Shown one piece after another: positions 62,883 through 64,000 of a stretch of DNA of 64,000 nt (its first letter is position 1; every line of letters begins with the position of its first letter). The stretch lies in NCBI GenBank assembly GCA_963837045.1, contig CAWIMA010000009.1:1267-65266 (forward strand). Reading direction: 5' to 3'. Under the pieces are notes generated by a model, which did not search any database, was not told the DNA's origin, and worked only from the letters and a program-made list of their open reading frames with translations. The DNA is from an uncultured Gammaproteobacteria bacterium. GTDB lineage: Bacteria > Pseudomonadota > Gammaproteobacteria > Steroidobacterales > Steroidobacteraceae. The position numbers and the translations under genes were made by a program.

Positions 62883-64000
62883 ATGCCTCCCACCGACCAC
62901 CGTGAGTTTCCGCCGTACCAAGAAGCGATTGGCGAGCCCCCGCCGCTGTGGAGAAGTCTGGAGCCACCCGCCTCGCCCACCGACGTCCCCACGCTCGATC
63001 GGCGCCATTTTCTGCGCCTCACGGCGGCGTCCTTGTCCTTGGCCGGCGCCGGCGCCTGCAGCCGCGCACCCCAGCAAACGATCGTGCCCTATGTGCACGC
63101 GCCTCCGCAGCTGGTGGCCGGCGATCCGCTGTATTTCGCGACCTCCGCCGACCTGTGCGGAACCGCGCTCGGGCTGCTGGTCAAAAGCAATTACGGGCGT
63201 CCGACCAAAATCGAAGGCAATCCCTCGCACCCGGGCAGCCTGGGCGCGACCGACATCTTCGCCCAGGCGGCGGTGCTCGATCTGTGGGACCCGGACCGCG
63301 CCCAAGCGGTACTGCACCACGGTCAGGTGAGCACCTGGGACAGCTTCGCTGCTGCGCTGAGCGCGCGCATCAGCGGCCTGTCTGCCAATGCCGGGAACGG
63401 ACTGCGCATCCTGACGGAAAGCGTCGCTTCGCCGACCCTCGCCGGCCAGCTGCAAGCGCTGCTCGAGCGCTTCCCCGGCGCACGCTGGCACCAATATCAG
63501 CCGATCAATCGTGATCACGCCTACGAAGGCAGCCGCCTCGCGTTTGGCGAAGTTCTCGAAGCACGATATCACTACGACCAGGCGCGCGTGGTGGTGAGCC
63601 TGGACGGCGATTTTCTTGGGCTCCCCGGTGTACGCTACGCGCGCGACTATGTCAGCGCGCGCCGCGCCGGCGACGGCCAGCCCGATCCGGGCCGGCTCTA
63701 CGTCTTCGAATGCACCCCGACGCTCACCGGCAGCTTTGCCGATCATCGATACGCAGCACGATTCGGCCAGATCGAGGCGATCGCCCGCGCCCTGGCGCAG
63801 GCGCTGGGTCTGCCCGTCGCCGGCACACTCGATGCGGCGATATTGCCCGGCGGCGCCCTGGCCGCCTGCGCGCGCGACCTGAAGCAGAACGCCGGGCGCG
63901 CCTTGGTGGTCGTCGGCGATGCGCAACCGCCCGTGGTGCATGCGCTGGCGCACGCGATCAATGAGGCGCTGGGCAACGTCGGCCGCACCGTGAGCTATAC
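62883..64000 (+). CDS. actB: Alternative complex III molybdopterin-oxidoreductase-like subunit (3' end outside window)
   Basis: Open frame from ATG 62883 to the window edge, not in the track because it has no stop. Tat leader DRRHFLRLTAASLSLAGAGAC, then ..YFATS....G.ALGLLVKSNYGRPTKIEGNPSHPGSLGATD. Confidence 0.8.
   Translation, partial: MPPTDHREFPPYQEAIGEPPPLWRSLEPPASPTDVPTLDRRHFLRLTAASLSLAGAGACSRAPQQTIVPYVHAPPQLVAGDPLYFATSADLCGTALGLLVKSNYGRPTKIEGNPSHPGSLGATDIFAQAAVLDLWDPDRAQAVLHHGQVSTWDSFAAALSARISGLSANAGNGLRILTESVASPTLAGQLQALLERFPGARWHQYQPINRDHAYEGSRLAFGEVLEARYHYDQARVVVSLDGDFLGLPGVRYARDYVSARRAGDGQPDPGRLYVFECTPTLTGSFADHRYAARFGQIEAIARALAQALGLPVAGTLDAAILPGGALAACARDLKQNAGRALVVVGDAQPPVVHALAHAINEALGNVGRTVSY

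Noticed and set aside
62214-63953. 579-aa ORF on the minus strand, the longest unexplained ORF in the track.
   Set aside because: It is antisense to the open actB frame, which has a Tat leader and molybdopterin-oxidoreductase blocks. It is extremely Arg/Ala/Gly-rich with no recognisable motif. This is a typical shadow ORF of GC-rich DNA.
1-64000. Search for CRISPR arrays, tRNA/rRNA genes, long direct repeats or near-identical nucleotide duplication between the two Ehr clusters.
   Set aside because: No regularly spaced repeats and no tRNA-like or rRNA-like segments were seen. The two Ehr copies are diverged at the nucleotide level (compare 9763-9813 with 20122-20172), so this is not a recent duplication or an assembly collapse artefact.

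Overview
GC-rich bacterial (probably proteobacterial) chromosomal segment. No rRNA, tRNA or CRISPR array was recognised. All calls rest on by-eye motif recognition; no searches were run.

Five themes:

1. Positions 2.8-20.7 kb hold two tandem, clearly diverged copies of the same unit. Each unit is a divergent ribbon-helix-helix (RHH) regulator plus six genes: HyfB/NuoL-like, HyfC/NuoH-like, HyfE-like, HyfF/NuoN-like, a fused NuoC-NuoD/HycE-like 'large subunit', and a NuoB/HycG-like small subunit.
   - In both large subunits the N-terminal NiFe-ligand motif RxCGxC reads RVSGDS.
   - Both C-termini end in a shared NKSFN.SYSGHDL signature instead of DPCxxC.
   - Both small subunits keep the four Fe-S cysteines.
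   - These therefore look like Ehr-type (energy-converting-hydrogenase-related) complexes of unknown substrate. This is the most interesting system in the window.
   - The two copies are separated by a wrecked sdh operon and a truncated malic-enzyme gene. They are followed by two tandem spermidine-synthase-like paralogs and a transposase scar.

2. A large nitrogen-oxide module:
   - nnrS-narK-narGHJI plus a TehA/SLAC1-like channel.
   - A Nitrosomonas-type ncgABC-nirK cluster, extended by DUF2946, an outer-membrane barrel and TlpA.
   - Two intact nsrR paralogs and one nsrR stump.
   - Three good 11-1-11 NsrR-like boxes.
   - An nrtS-like gene.
   - A truncated haemoglobin (trHbN) with an adjacent ferredoxin-FNR reductase, a possible split NO dioxygenase.

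3. A small AT-richer islet at 22.5-25.1 kb with an AbiEii/AbiEi pair in reversed gene order and a chimeric ORF.

4. The start of an alternative complex III operon (actA, actB) at the right edge.

5. An unusually high load of gene fragments and frameshifts: RidA, PhyH, PAS, sdhCD, malic enzyme, BBE oxidase, nsrR, nitronate monooxygenase and CFA synthase.
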